From IMG/VR virus record IMGVR_UViG_3300046820_000327, positions 1-60,395 of that record: a stretch of DNA of 60,395 nucleotides; one strand, written 5' to 3'. This DNA is from a virus (lineage: Duplodnaviria; Caudoviricetes). Below are positions 9,235-20,044 of the stretch, piece by piece (the stretch's first letter is position 1; every line of letters begins with the position of its first letter). Under the pieces are notes generated by a model. The model had not been told where the DNA came from and ran no database searches. It saw only the letters and a program-made list of their open reading frames with translations. The position numbers and the translations under genes are program-made.

Positions 9235-10358
9235 AAACTAAATCCCTTGAATGTATTGTTATCGACGTCTTGTTTTGTTCCACCAATGACGTAAGTGGTG
9301 ATTTCAGTTTCTTGTGGTGCTACTTGTACATCACTGCCAGCAATCCATTTAGCAGTCCATGGTAACGGATTTGACCCCGGTTTAACACCACAATCTAATC
9401 CAATTGCTGTCATACGCTTGCAAGCAATCCAATCAACATATTGAGCTAATAATTGTTCATTTAAACCAATCATTGATCCATCTTTAAACAAGTACTTGGC
9501 CCAAGACTTTTCCTGTTCAACTGCTTGCTTGAACATAGCTTCGCACTCTGCACGAGTTTCCTCTTTGATCTTGGCAAAGTCTGGATCGTCACCAGGTAAA
9601 ATCTTAATTAATGTTTGTGTAAATGCCAAGTGCAAGTTTTCGTCACGACAGATTAACTTGATAATTTTAGCATTACCTTCCATCTTCTTAAGTTCAGCAA
9701 ATGCCCAACTGCAAGCAAAGGATACATAAAATCTTATACCTTCTAGTGCGTTAACAGAATTTATTGCCAACCACAGCTTTTTCTTAAGATCGTATAAGTC
9801 TACTGAGATTTCCTTACCATTGACTGTATGCTTGCCTGGTCCTAGAGTTTGGTACCAACGACTAGCATTAATGCAGTCATCGTAATATCTGCTGATGTCT
9901 GACGCACAGGTTACAATTTCTTCAATGTCTGTTAATTCGTCAAATACTTGGCTAGGATCACTGTACACGTTACGAATAATATGCGTGTAACTGCGTGAGT
10001 GAATAGTTTCGTTAAATGCCCAAGTTTCAATCCATGTTTCTAACTCAGGAATACTTGCCAGGGGCAAAAAGGCAAGATTAGGGCTACGTCCTTGTACGCT
10101 ATCTAATAGGATCTGACGCTTAAGGTTGCTGGTAAAGATATGCTTTTCGTAGTCAGTGAGTTCTTTAAAATCCTTGGCATCACGCAGAACATCGACTTCC
10201 TCAGGGCGCCAAAAGAATCCCAACTGTTTGTCTGTTAGTTTGTCAAACTGTCTATACTTTAATGTTTCGTATCGCTGAATGCTAACTCCGCCCTCAGGAT
10301 CTAAAAATGCCAACGCTTGTGTGTGATTTTTTTTATTATTGATGTTAAAAACTGACAT
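9231..10358 (-). CDS. nrdB: Ribonucleotide reductase class Ia beta subunit
   Basis: FFWRPEEVD, ETIHSRSY, LEGIRFYVSF, RDENLH and VAPQETE motifs. Confidence 0.97.
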   Translation of the reverse strand: MSVFNINNKKNHTQALAFLDPEGGVSIQRYETLKYRQFDKLTDKQLGFFWRPEEVDVLRDAKDFKELTDYEKHIFTSNLKRQILLDSVQGRSPNLAFLPLASIPELETWIETWAFNETIHSRSYTHIIRNVYSDPSQVFDELTDIEEIVTCASDISRYYDDCINASRWYQTLGPGKHTVNGKEISVDLYDLKKKLWLAINSVNALEGIRFYVSFACSWAFAELKKMEGNAKIIKLICRDENLHLAFTQTLIKILPGDDPDFAKIKEETRAECEAMFKQAVEQEKSWAKYLFKDGSMIGLNEQLLAQYVDWIACKRMTAIGLDCGVKPGSNPLPWTAKWIAGSDVQVAPQETEITTYVIGGTKQDVDNNTFKGFSL

Positions 10359-10359
10359 T

Positions 10360-11100
10360 TTATTTTTTCTCCAATTTACTGTCTATGTGCTTTTGTACAA
10401 TTTCTGCCCAGGCTTTCATGGCTTCCCACGCAGGGTGAAACCCGTCAGGGCAAAAACTATTTAATTCTTTGGCTAACTCAAAGTAGCCATCTTTGTGATC
10501 ATTATAAAATACCCAGTTACTGAAGTCAATGTGTTTGACCAATTCAGCGAGTGTATGATATTTATAAACACCGAAATTACTATTAACTATGTAGTCTTGA
10601 TTTGTCCAATAATTGATATAGCTCATAAACAAGTATGGTATACCACGTGCTTTCAAGAAGTGCTCTAACTTAATTATCTCCATTAGCCCACGGTAAGCAA
10701 ATACCAGTTCATTTCCAATTGTAAACATCTCTTTTTTGGCACGGGCTGTTGCGGCACTGGGAAAGTCTTGCATGCCGCCTGCAGGACTAAATCTTATGTC
10801 TTCTCGCACAGTCAGCATAGGCATTTTGTGATCATCCTGCACCGCTGGGTCTATTAAAAAGTCTTGGCGCTGTAGTCCAGACCACATCACTAAAACCATG
10901 TCAACAGATTTGCCCGACAGCACGTAATTAATCACGCTGTCTGCAATATATTCGTTGCCTGCTCCGGGAACTGCTAGATTAGTGATATTGCCCAGATGGT
11001 TTAGAGGTAAACTCCAAGTGCCATCTGGTATATCATAGAATCCTGGTCCAGTAAAACTACAACCAGATACCAGTAGATTTAAATTACGCACGATTCGCAA
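10360..11100 (-). CDS. SGNH/GDSL-like hydrolase (paralogue 1), between nrdA and nrdB
   Basis: GCSFT, NLAVPGAGN and DGFHP motifs. Confidence 0.65.
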   Translation of the reverse strand: MRIVRNLNLLVSGCSFTGPGFYDIPDGTWSLPLNHLGNITNLAVPGAGNEYIADSVINYVLSGKSVDMVLVMWSGLQRQDFLIDPAVQDDHKMPMLTVREDIRFSPAGGMQDFPSAATARAKKEMFTIGNELVFAYRGLMEIIKLEHFLKARGIPYLFMSYINYWTNQDYIVNSNFGVYKYHTLAELVKHIDFSNWVFYNDHKDGYFELAKELNSFCPDGFHPAWEAMKAWAEIVQKHIDSKLEKK

Positions 11101-13391
11101 GCGTCCTGTCCGTCATCTGGCAGTGGGTCGTTTGCTGGTGCTTCGGCCTGTTTAGATAGTTTATCTACGTCAATTTCGCCTTGACCATCGTTGGTGTTAA
11201 AATAATACAGTTGTTTTGTTCCGTACTTGTAGCACATGATTAAGTGCTTGAGCATCTCACTCATTGGAATCTTTTCATCTTCGTAGAAACGAGGATTGTA
11301 CGAAGTATTGATACTAATGCCTTGGTCAATGTATTTCTGCAATACTGCACAAAGTTTTAGGTAGCCTTCTGGTGATTGTTGATCCCATAATAGTTCGTAT
11401 TTGTTTTTTAGTTTTCTAAATTCTGGAACTACTTGTTTTAATACGCCATGTTTGCTTTGTTTAATACTAACATAACTACGTGGAGGTTCAATGCCGTTGG
11501 TAGCATTAGAGATCTGAGCACTTGTTTCTGCTGGCATTAATGCCATTAGTGTTGCATTACGGATGCCATATTGTTTAATTTGTTCACGTAACTGTCCCCA
11601 AGGCATACGCTCTTGGTGTGGTACTAGTTCGTCAACGTCTTTCTTGTATGTGTCGATAGGCAATAGGCCTTGAGCATATTTTAGTTCTTGCCACTTGATG
11701 CAAGGTCCTTGCTCAATGGCCAAGTCAGCCGATGCTTTGATCAAGTAGTACGACCATGCTTCTGCATATTCATCTACTAATGCCAATGCACGTGGATCGC
11801 TGTAGCTTACATCATTCTTAGCCAAGAAGTATGCAAAGTTAATGATGCCGATACCTAGTGGACGGAATTCCATTGTTGCTAATTCTGCGGCTTTAACTGG
11901 ATATCCTTGGTATGATAGTAAAGCATCTAATCCACGTACCGCTAGTGTTGCCATCTTCTCAAAGTCTTGAGGTTGTTTTACATTACCCCAGTTTGCGGCA
12001 CTTAATGTACAAAGAGCAATACGACCTAGTTCATCGTTAATGTCAGTTAAAGGAACTGTTGGCAAGTCAATTTCGCAACATAGATTACTTTGTTTAACTG
12101 GGTGTAGCTTTTCGTTGAACGGACTGTGTGTATTAGCATGATCTACGTTTTGCAAATAGATACGACCTGTGTCTTTGCGTTCTTGCATAAACTTGGCAAA
12201 CAAGTCAATGGCTTTGATAGTTTTCTTGCGTAGTTTAGTGTTGCGTTCAGAGCGTTCATATAGTTCTTTGAACTTGTCTTGATCGTTAAAAAACGCTTCG
12301 TACATCTCAGGAACATCGTGTGGGCTAAACAATGTAATGTCGCCACCTGTGATTAAACGTTCGTACATCAATTTGTTGAACTGTACACCATAGTCCATTT
12401 GACGCACACGATTGTCTTCTGTGCCTTTGTTGTTCTTTAGTACCAGTAGGTCTTCTACTTCATAGTGCCAAATTGGATAGTAAAGTGTTGCGGCGCCGTT
12501 GCGTACACCACCTTGACTACAACTGCGTGTTGCTGATTGGAATAACTTGTAAAAAGGAATTACACCCGTATGGTAGGCGTCGCCGCTACGGATAGGCGAA
12601 CCCAAAGCCCTAATTCGTCCTGCACCAATACCAATTCCGGCTTTTTGGCTGACATACTTAACGATACTACTAGTAGTGGCATTGATACTATCAAGACTGT
12701 CATCAGTCTCAATGAGAACGCAACTACTGAATTGTTTTTGCGGAGTGCGTACACCGGCCATAACAGGAGTAGGCAAGCTGATATCAAAATTACTAATTGC
12801 ATCATAGTAGTCCTTAACCCACTGCAGGCGTGTTTCTTTAGGATAGCTTTGGAATAGTGTTGCTGAAATCAACATGTAAGCCACTTGAGGGGTTTCGTAG
12901 ATTTCTTTGGTCACACGATTTTGAACCAAATACTTGCCTCTCCACTGCTCCATGGCCACATAAGTAAACTGCTCATCACGATCGTGACGTATATAGGAAT
13001 TTAATTGATCCCACTCGGCGTCCGAGTAGGCTGTTAGTAAATCTTTGTCATAGTAGCCAATTTCAACATTACGCTTGACCAGCTGGATTAGTGGCCAAGG
13101 CTGATAGTTGCCATATACTTGTTTACGCAAGTGATAGCCCACAAGACGACCTGCAACATATTGATAGTTAGGAGCTTCCTCGCTGATTAAGTCTGCGGCG
13201 CTCTTAATTAAAGTTTCTTGTATGTCTGCTGTTTTAATACCAGTATAGAATTGCACATGACTATTGATTTCTACTTCGCTAGCACTGACTCCTGTGATTC
13301 CTTCTGTGGCCCAAAATACAACTTTGTGTAGCTTTTCAATATCTAGCGGCTCTCGACGTCCGTCTCGTTTTGTGACTAATATTTGACTCAT
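11079..13391 (-). CDS. nrdA: Ribonucleotide reductase class Ia alpha subunit with ATP cone
   Basis: VTKRDG ATP cone, QFSSCVL, SNLCCEI, LYY and C-terminal CESC; no intron seen. Confidence 0.97.
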   Translation of the reverse strand: MSQILVTKRDGRREPLDIEKLHKVVFWATEGITGVSASEVEINSHVQFYTGIKTADIQETLIKSAADLISEEAPNYQYVAGRLVGYHLRKQVYGNYQPWPLIQLVKRNVEIGYYDKDLLTAYSDAEWDQLNSYIRHDRDEQFTYVAMEQWRGKYLVQNRVTKEIYETPQVAYMLISATLFQSYPKETRLQWVKDYYDAISNFDISLPTPVMAGVRTPQKQFSSCVLIETDDSLDSINATTSSIVKYVSQKAGIGIGAGRIRALGSPIRSGDAYHTGVIPFYKLFQSATRSCSQGGVRNGAATLYYPIWHYEVEDLLVLKNNKGTEDNRVRQMDYGVQFNKLMYERLITGGDITLFSPHDVPEMYEAFFNDQDKFKELYERSERNTKLRKKTIKAIDLFAKFMQERKDTGRIYLQNVDHANTHSPFNEKLHPVKQSNLCCEIDLPTVPLTDINDELGRIALCTLSAANWGNVKQPQDFEKMATLAVRGLDALLSYQGYPVKAAELATMEFRPLGIGIINFAYFLAKNDVSYSDPRALALVDEYAEAWSYYLIKASADLAIEQGPCIKWQELKYAQGLLPIDTYKKDVDELVPHQERMPWGQLREQIKQYGIRNATLMALMPAETSAQISNATNGIEPPRSYVSIKQSKHGVLKQVVPEFRKLKNKYELLWDQQSPEGYLKLCAVLQKYIDQGISINTSYNPRFYEDEKIPMSEMLKHLIMCYKYGTKQLYYFNTNDGQGEIDVDKLSKQAEAPANDPLPDDGQDACESCVI

Positions 13392-13400
13392 TGATTCCTC

Positions 13401-13844
13401 TTAATAATCTTTTAATTTTAGATCTGCACTTGTGTAGATTCTTTTTAATTTTAATTTTTTGTTGACGTGTTCTTTATTTACAATCTTATCTTCAATCAAA
13501 TTAAGAATATATTTTCCTTGCTCGACCCATACTAAATTGTATGTATACCTAGTATCAGGGTCAACATAAACTCTTAATTCAATATCTGGCTTGTGCTGAG
13601 TAAAGTATATAGTGTACAACATTCCAAGAGCTTTTGCAAGATCACAATACCAATTTTCCTCAATTAATTGCCAGGGATCTGGCCAACTATCAGGACGATC
13701 TGGATCTAAGTAATAAGGGTCAAAAGGACAGCTTTGCCAAAACTCTTGTGTTTGGCAAAGACTTTCTTCTATTGGTAAACTATCTAAAGTTTTTCGAAAA
13801 GCACGCCAGCGAACCAGACGTTCGTCAGCTTTGAGTTTCCACAT
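13401..13844 (-). CDS. Hypothetical phage protein
   Basis: ORF track; operon packing. Confidence 0.75.
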   Translation of the reverse strand: MWKLKADERLVRWRAFRKTLDSLPIEESLCQTQEFWQSCPFDPYYLDPDRPDSWPDPWQLIEENWYCDLAKALGMLYTIYFTQHKPDIELRVYVDPDTRYTYNLVWVEQGKYILNLIEDKIVNKEHVNKKLKLKRIYTSADLKLKDY

Positions 13845-13850
13845 ATTTTT

Positions 13851-15515
13851 TTAGTTTAAATATTCGATATTCGATGTTAACAAAATAGGATCCGACACTA
13901 CAGATGAAGTATATGTAATATCCCCGGTAACACCGTTGACATTAAAATCAAAGCCTACGTCCCCGGTTTCTGTATAATCTTCGTCAAAGTAATATGCACC
14001 ACTTCGTCTAACAATTTTCATCTCTCCGGTTCGTGTGGCACCATCGTGTGTGATAACATAATTTAATTTAAGATTATTATACCCAGATGGAATATACTTA
14101 AGGCCAACACTGGTTGTTGTTGCAGATTCTTCTAGCTCAAGGGTATTACCTCTACCAGTGGTCAATCGACCGTTGACAATTCCTAGATCCTGTCCTACTA
14201 TGTAGCAATTATAAGATCCGTAGTCAATGTTAGGGAACAAAGCATAGTCTGTATCGTTGCGATCAAAACTGTCAGCAATACTGAAGTTGTTATTGTCTTC
14301 AAATTTAATAGCGGCACTGGTTGCTAAACCGGCTGCATTGTTGATCGGTGTGTCGCTTTCGTGGTCGTCAAGGCCAGCGGCAGTAACAATGTTACCAAGG
14401 CTCATTACATTATTAACATAAGGATAGCAACGTAGACTTTCCTTGGCGCTGTAACGATAATAGTTATCATATACGCTGATACCATAAGGAATATATGCAT
14501 TTGGATCAACACTATTGTTACCGGCCACAATGTGATGGTAACAATGATCAAAGAAGCAACTGGTTACACTAACACCAACTACACCGTTGTTAAGTTCTAT
14601 ACCATAGTTCTGGTCCATGAAGTCGCATTGTGTAAACACTAAATTTCTAACTATCTCATGTTCTGAATTGTTATTCACACATACAGCGGCAATGCCACTG
14701 GCACGTTCAACGTTATACACAGGATGATTAAGACTAGTAGATCCTGCATAGTCAGCTGTGGTTTTATCCAACATACCGCGGAACATAACTCTGTTAAAAG
14801 TAGCAGTAAATCCTCCGTCAATGACTAAACAGCTTTGATCGTAGTCCAGTGACTTTTGTATAAAGCTCATGTCGCTGAAATGGTATTCAGCAATTTCAGG
14901 TTGTACACTTCCCACTGGCGCACCAAAATCAACACCAACTTGTCCGGCACTGTCTGCGAATTGTGCTATAGGGCCGTCAAAACTTCCTTCGAGACTTGTG
15001 CTACGTTTTCCTTCGCCTTGTAGACGAGAATAAGGGGGAATATCGATTGTACTGGTAACTCTGTACGTGCCTGCTGGGAAATAAATTGTTCTGTGTTTGC
15101 CGCTGGCAATTTGACTTTGACTAGATCCGTATGTACGCTCTAGTGCTCGCTGAATAGCGGCTGTGTCATCGGCTACACCGTTACCAATGGCGCCAAAGTC
15201 TTTTACGGAAACATAATCATCTAACTTATCTTGTAGTGTACGTACAATAGGATGTAGTGCATCTACACCAGTAACCACTTGGAAACCTGCAGCCAACCCT
15301 TTAAATGTATAGCTGTTGGCTAATGCTAAAATATCTGCGTGTTCTGTTAGAATTTCTGTGCGTCCTTCTACAGGAGCACCTTCGGCTGTTGTACCGTTAC
15401 CAATATATAGACGACGCTCATCTACACTCCAGCCCAGCTCAGCTGATGATAAGTTAGGTAAATCTTGTTGTAAACCTCTGCGATGTTGAATTCGGCTTAT
15501 TTGCACTACTGCCAT
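13851..15515 (-). CDS. Tail fibre/tailspike with an Mtd_N-like N-terminus and a pectate-lyase-3-like beta helix
   Basis: RIQHRRG...AELGW..DERRLYIGNG N-terminus; SVKDFGAIGNGVADDTAAIQRA...IYFPAGTY; TAAATA box upstream. Confidence 0.8.
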   Translation of the reverse strand: MAVVQISRIQHRRGLQQDLPNLSSAELGWSVDERRLYIGNGTTAEGAPVEGRTEILTEHADILALANSYTFKGLAAGFQVVTGVDALHPIVRTLQDKLDDYVSVKDFGAIGNGVADDTAAIQRALERTYGSSQSQIASGKHRTIYFPAGTYRVTSTIDIPPYSRLQGEGKRSTSLEGSFDGPIAQFADSAGQVGVDFGAPVGSVQPEIAEYHFSDMSFIQKSLDYDQSCLVIDGGFTATFNRVMFRGMLDKTTADYAGSTSLNHPVYNVERASGIAAVCVNNNSEHEIVRNLVFTQCDFMDQNYGIELNNGVVGVSVTSCFFDHCYHHIVAGNNSVDPNAYIPYGISVYDNYYRYSAKESLRCYPYVNNVMSLGNIVTAAGLDDHESDTPINNAAGLATSAAIKFEDNNNFSIADSFDRNDTDYALFPNIDYGSYNCYIVGQDLGIVNGRLTTGRGNTLELEESATTTSVGLKYIPSGYNNLKLNYVITHDGATRTGEMKIVRRSGAYYFDEDYTETGDVGFDFNVNGVTGDITYTSSVVSDPILLTSNIEYLN

Positions 15516-15548
15516 GGCTTAACCCTCAAATAATGTTATATCTAGTAT

Positions 15549-16259
15549 TTAGCAGGTTAGGTAATAGAGCTCTACTCGTTTGTTCCACTCATTTTTCCAG
15601 TGTTCAAATTCAGCACCTTCTACAGTAAATTCCAAGTATTCTGGCTTAGAATAGGTGTTATCTTCCAACATTTTAGGCTGGCAAGCCATCAAAATTACAC
15701 CTTGATCTATGCTAGTACCATGCATGTGATCGTGTGCTTGTGCATAGGCCGCTAATTGCAAAAAGTAATCTTCAATCCACTCACGCTTCTTGGGCTTGTT
15801 GGTTTGTTTAAAGTCCATGATTGCTGGCTTGCCTTTCCATAGCCCCAGGCAGTCTGTGGTACCTGCATATAACCCACTATAATACAGCGGTACTTCTACA
15901 CCCCAGAACTCATCTACATTGCCCAGGCCTTGTAGAATAATTTCCGCGGCCATAAACCAGCTGGGATGAGCATAAGGGTTAGTGGGCAAGGGTTTCATAT
16001 CTCCGCTTTGCACATAAGTCTCTAAGTAGGCATGCATACGTGTTCCGCGGTTAGCGGCTTCTGTAGTGATCTGTTGAGCACGTTCTTCGCCTACAGCTTT
16101 ACGCCAATTGGCTAATGCTTCACGTTTTTCCTGCGGTTTGGTCTTATCTAAAATAGTAGTAACACTCGGTACTTTAGATCCATTGGGTAAGCAATAATGA
16201 CGTTTGCCGTCAACGGTTGTGCGATCGCACGGCGTGTAATTATATCTTTGAATTATCAT
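15549..16259 (-). CDS. PD-(D/E)XK exonuclease (Cas4/MGME1-like)
   Basis: PSVTTIL, RGTRMH, AGTTDC...IMDFKQ and YFLQLAAY motifs. Confidence 0.9.
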   Translation of the reverse strand: MIIQRYNYTPCDRTTVDGKRHYCLPNGSKVPSVTTILDKTKPQEKREALANWRKAVGEERAQQITTEAANRGTRMHAYLETYVQSGDMKPLPTNPYAHPSWFMAAEIILQGLGNVDEFWGVEVPLYYSGLYAGTTDCLGLWKGKPAIMDFKQTNKPKKREWIEDYFLQLAAYAQAHDHMHGTSIDQGVILMACQPKMLEDNTYSKPEYLEFTVEGAEFEHWKNEWNKRVELYYLTC

Positions 16260-16995
16260 TGTATCTCTTTATAAAAAGTTGTGCCATAGCATTGTGCCAT
16301 TGTGGTCCAGGATGATTATCTCTTCCTGTGTCTAATAATTTTAAATTATTGCCGTGCTGGTGTATTATGTTATCAACAAATTCTTGCTCAACGTGAAAAT
16401 TATAAGTACGGCTTAATAATTTAACTATGGCTTTATTTTTTTCTCGTAAATTAAATGCATGTGTGTCTGACGCCAAATCTCTGTTAAAAGAAAATTTGCT
16501 ATTTGCTGATTCGTTAGTCGGTGCACCTGGATTATATAATTCATATCTAGTAATGTGCGGCCAAAGTATAAAAACTATTTTTGTATCTAGCATATTACCA
16601 ATTGAATATAATGTTCTTGCAACTGTATCCCCCGAACTGCCACCAACACCTAGATTGTAAGTATTATATTCAGGAAAATAATCGGCTATTTTACTTACCC
16701 ACGTTTCATTGTAGTTCACACCAACTCCCTCAGTGAAACTGCATCCTAGGCACAGAATAGATGATTTTGAGTTTGTTAAATCAAACTCCATTGATCTATA
16801 GCCATTGGAATTATATTGATACACAATACTGTTTTTAGTATACCCAGGCTTTGGGTTTAGATTAAAATTTTCTTCGCTATCAGTGCCAGACCAATTGGTT
16901 TTTGTATTTGCTCTGTGCGATATATACGGAATTTTTTGTTCTTGCCAATAATTATCTAACCCTTGATAAAAAGGGCATGTTTCTGTGCTAATCAT
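16240..16995 (-). CDS. SGNH/GDSL-like hydrolase (paralogue 2)
   Basis: YQYNSNGYR, GCSFTEG, NLGVGGSS and DNHPG motifs; AT-rich. Confidence 0.7.
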   Translation of the reverse strand: MISTETCPFYQGLDNYWQEQKIPYISHRANTKTNWSGTDSEENFNLNPKPGYTKNSIVYQYNSNGYRSMEFDLTNSKSSILCLGCSFTEGVGVNYNETWVSKIADYFPEYNTYNLGVGGSSGDTVARTLYSIGNMLDTKIVFILWPHITRYELYNPGAPTNESANSKFSFNRDLASDTHAFNLREKNKAIVKLLSRTYNFHVEQEFVDNIIHQHGNNLKLLDTGRDNHPGPQWHNAMAQLFIKRYNDNSKI

Positions 16996-17321
16996 TAAAC
17001 TCTAAAACTTTCTCCGCATCCACAGCGGTCTCGTTCGTTGGGATTACGAAACTCAAAACCTTCATTGAGCCCTTGCCGAACATAATCGACTGTTAGCCCA
17101 CTCATGTATGCCAAGGATTTCTGATCTACCAGCACTACAAATTCGTCCTGTGCAAAGTTTGTAACACCAGGTTCTGCTTCATATGAATCTATATACTCTA
17201 ATGTGTATGCTAATCCGCTACATCCTGTGGTTCTAACGCCCAATCGAATACCAACACCCTTGCCACGTTTAGTCAGCAGTCGTTTAACTTGTGCTACTGC
17301 GGCCGGTGTTAGTGTGATCAT
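16995..17321 (-). CDS. iscA: A-type Fe-S cluster carrier IscA
   Basis: GCSGLAY...[16 protein letters not shown]. Confidence 0.92.
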   Translation of the reverse strand: MITLTPAAVAQVKRLLTKRGKGVGIRLGVRTTGCSGLAYTLEYIDSYEAEPGVTNFAQDEFVVLVDQKSLAYMSGLTVDYVRQGLNEGFEFRNPNERDRCGCGESFRV

Positions 17322-17629
17322 ACGCTGAAGCTACTGCCGCATCCGCAGGTAGTTTGTGCATTGGGGTTACTGATAACAAATTGACTGCCGTGTATTTCAT
17401 CCCGATAGTCGATAGTGGCACCAGTCAAGTACTGCATGCTCATTGAATCAATTAGCACTCCGCCAAATTCAAAGTCATCTTCGTTTTGTTCTTCGTCAAA
17501 GGTAAAGCCGTATTGAAAACCTGAACAGCCACCACCTTGTACAAATGCACGAACTTTAAGGCCGGGCTTGTTTTCTTCGATTAATAGATCTTGTATTTTT
17601 TCTTTAGCAGATTCAGTTATTGTAATCAT
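17318..17629 (-). CDS. erpA: Fe-S insertion protein ErpA
   Basis: [16 protein letters not shown]...[14 protein letters not shown]. Confidence 0.9.
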   Translation of the reverse strand: MITITESAKEKIQDLLIEENKPGLKVRAFVQGGGCSGFQYGFTFDEEQNEDDFEFGGVLIDSMSMQYLTGATIDYRDEIHGSQFVISNPNAQTTCGCGSSFSV

Positions 17630-17835
17630 ATAATTCTTTTAACTACTCCTTTGTAACAAAGTGGCACATACCACCAAGGTCGACGTTTAGGTTTTGCTAA
17701 GGTGTATTCCCATTGACTGCCATTGGGACTGGTCCATACAACATGAAATCCTGCCCAAGTTCGACTTTTGTGAAAGTGTATTTTACCACCCCAACGAAAA
17801 CGCATCCACAACACATAAAACAAGCAATTACACAT
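17626..17835 (-). CDS. Small Trp-rich hypothetical protein inside the isc cluster
   Basis: Overlaps both neighbours in operon fashion. Confidence 0.55.
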   Translation of the reverse strand: MCNCLFYVLWMRFRWGGKIHFHKSRTWAGFHVVWTSPNGSQWEYTLAKPKRRPWWYVPLCYKGVVKRII

Positions 17836-18208
17836 CGTGCTTCTTCTTATAATCTTCTACTGCGGCTTTTACTGCGTCTTCTGCGAGGATACTGCAATGG
17901 ATTTTAACAGGTGGAAGAGCCAACTCCTCGGCGATGTCGCTGTTTTTAATAGCTGACGCCTGGTCAAGAGTTTGTCCTTTGAGCCATTCAGTAACGAGAC
18001 TTGAACTTGCGATTGCTGAACCGCATCCATATGTTTTGAATTTTGCATCTGTGATGATTCCATTTTCTACTTTAATTTGCAGTTTCATTACGTCACCGCA
18101 AGCAGGGGCACCAACCATACCAGTGCCTACATCTGGATCGTCTTTAGCGAAGGAACCCACATTACGTGGGTTCTCATAGTGATCAATTACTTTGTCGGAA
18201 TAAGCCAT
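17828..18208 (-). CDS. iscU: Fe-S scaffold protein IscU
   Basis: MAYSDKVIDHYENPRNVG, APACGDVM, KTYGCGSA and LPPVKIHCS motifs. Confidence 0.97.
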   Translation of the reverse strand: MAYSDKVIDHYENPRNVGSFAKDDPDVGTGMVGAPACGDVMKLQIKVENGIITDAKFKTYGCGSAIASSSLVTEWLKGQTLDQASAIKNSDIAEELALPPVKIHCSILAEDAVKAAVEDYKKKHDV

Positions 18209-18239
18209 AATATGCCCCTTTTGGGTTATTATAACTTCT

Positions 18240-18641
18240 TTAACTACGTTTGTCTAGTGCTCGATTTGCCATTCCGGCTACAGTTTTTTCTGGTGCGGAT
18301 TTCGGTGCATCAGTCCCTAGTGCTTCATCTTCGCTATCATCAAATCCAGTCAAGTACACGTACTTAACTCCATTGGTATCATCTTTGATATCCTTGATCA
18401 AGCCTTTAACTGTATCGTTGGTTTTAAAAGCACCCTGTAGTGCTTCGAAGTTAAATTCTTTATGTCCAGTGTTTTGTACCATTTGTATTAGGCTGTCGAC
18501 ACGGACTTTTGGTACTAGGTGTTTTTGCTGACCACGACTACGTAGAAACTCTAATGCGGTGATTAAATTAGCATCGCCGCGTGAGTCTGCATCATCTTCA
18601 ATGATGTCTTCGTAAGTGCCGCTAAACTCATTAAGTCGCAT
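18240..18641 (-). CDS. Hypothetical protein, putative head-associated (MRLNEF N-terminus)
   Basis: ORF track; shared N-terminal motif. Confidence 0.7.
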   Translation of the reverse strand: MRLNEFSGTYEDIIEDDADSRGDANLITALEFLRSRGQQKHLVPKVRVDSLIQMVQNTGHKEFNFEALQGAFKTNDTVKGLIKDIKDDTNGVKYVYLTGFDDSEDEALGTDAPKSAPEKTVAGMANRALDKRS

Positions 18642-19321
18642 TAACGCTTCTCTCGACCTAGTTCTTCTTCGCCACCTGCGGCAGCATCTGTACCAGCAAA
18701 TTCATCAGCAGCCATTTCTGGAGCTGGTGCTTCAGCGCCTAGATCAGCACCTAAATCTGTGCCTAGGTCACTACCCATGCTCATATCACTGCCACCTTCG
18801 CCAGCTAGTGTGCGAGCGGCATTGTCTGCTGTCTCACGGCCTTGCTGTAGTGTTTGTGCTAATTGCTGTAGCAACGGACTTACTGAACCTTTAAATCCTT
18901 CAGCTTGTTCTGTGCCAACTTGATCACGGATCGTATCTAGTAACGCAGGCAACTGTTCGTTTTGCATTTTGCTGATTTTTTCTAGCATGTCTTGAATGCT
19001 GTCAACCATGTCCTTGGCGGCAAGAATAGCTTCTGATTTGGCCATTTCGCTTTCAGCTAAGAAACGTCCTTGGTTTTCAACCATCCAACGGTGTAGGCTT
19101 TCACGAACCATAAACATTTCCATGTACTTAGGGTTCTTTTCAGCAACGTGAATACCGTGTGTGCGTTTAATGCTAGACAAACTCTCTGTAATAGAAGTTG
19201 CTAGTTTATATGCTTTAGGCATTGTTAGGTTTTCATAGTCAACGGCAAAACCAAAACGGCTTTCCATAACTTTGTTTAGTTTTGTGCTTGTTGGCTTAGA
19301 GTTCATTTCTGTTAATTTCAT
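18641..19321 (-). CDS. Hypothetical helical protein with an acidic tail, possibly head/scaffold-associated
   Basis: MKLTEM N-terminus, coiled coil, acidic C-terminus ending LGREKR. Confidence 0.7.
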   Translation of the reverse strand: MKLTEMNSKPTSTKLNKVMESRFGFAVDYENLTMPKAYKLATSITESLSSIKRTHGIHVAEKNPKYMEMFMVRESLHRWMVENQGRFLAESEMAKSEAILAAKDMVDSIQDMLEKISKMQNEQLPALLDTIRDQVGTEQAEGFKGSVSPLLQQLAQTLQQGRETADNAARTLAGEGGSDMSMGSDLGTDLGADLGAEAPAPEMAADEFAGTDAAAGGEEELGREKR

Positions 19322-19869
19322 AATAGGTTGTCCCAGATTTTAATATATTTAGCCTGATTTAAAGTTTTTTGTAAATCATTTTTAGCTAGTTCTAATTTGT
19401 GCTTGGTATCGTCACTACGTGCTCTTAATGCATCTACTGTAAACATGTCGTTTCGCTTTACAGCACGTCTAATACAGTGCTCGTAGTATATGTGATCTGT
19501 GTGTAGTTTAGCATATTGTTGATCTTTAAGCAAGACATCGTGTGCTAAACTGTACCTGCGAGTTTGGTGACTTATACAGTATAGTATAGCACTACGTTTT
19601 TCTGCAAAATCTAGGGGATTTTCTTTGTTAGAATCAACCACAGTCCAGTAGCCCTGTGATTGTGTGATTATTTCATACCGACCAACTTTCCATCCAGTTT
19701 TAGTTGGTACAATTAATGGCGTATTTTCTGTCTTTAATAAACGATCGGCTTCTTGGCGTGTCCAATGTTTAATATAACCACTTACTAAGTCTGCGGCTGT
19801 TTCTAATTGAGACTTAATAACTGCTTTATTTTTATTCGGGTATTTTCTTTTTGTACGTGATCCGGCCAT
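19318..19869 (-). CDS. Hypothetical protein
   Basis: ORF track. Confidence 0.7.
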   Translation of the reverse strand: MAGSRTKRKYPNKNKAVIKSQLETAADLVSGYIKHWTRQEADRLLKTENTPLIVPTKTGWKVGRYEIITQSQGYWTVVDSNKENPLDFAEKRSAILYCISHQTRRYSLAHDVLLKDQQYAKLHTDHIYYEHCIRRAVKRNDMFTVDALRARSDDTKHKLELAKNDLQKTLNQAKYIKIWDNLL

Positions 19870-20044
19870 TTTGATTCCTTCTCAACAAAACATCTTTGTT
19901 GACTAATTGATTTGCCACATGTAACTCCCGTGGCGTGAAGTCGGCCCTGTGCAATTCTGAGCTTTCGTTAAATTTGCCCAGAATATCAGCTTCTTCATTG
20001 CTGATAGATAATTGCACTCTATTAAGTAGTTCTACTATTTTCAT
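19832..20044 (-). CDS. Small hypothetical protein (MKIVELL N-terminus)
   Basis: ATGA coupling. Confidence 0.7.
   Translation of the reverse strand: MKIVELLNRVQLSISNEEADILGKFNESSELHRADFTPRELHVANQLVNKDVLLRRNQNGRITYKKKIPE

Noticed and set aside
15549-16259. CRISPR-Cas system suggested by the Cas4-like nuclease
   Set aside because: No repeat-spacer array or other cas genes; stand-alone exonucleases of this type are common in phages.
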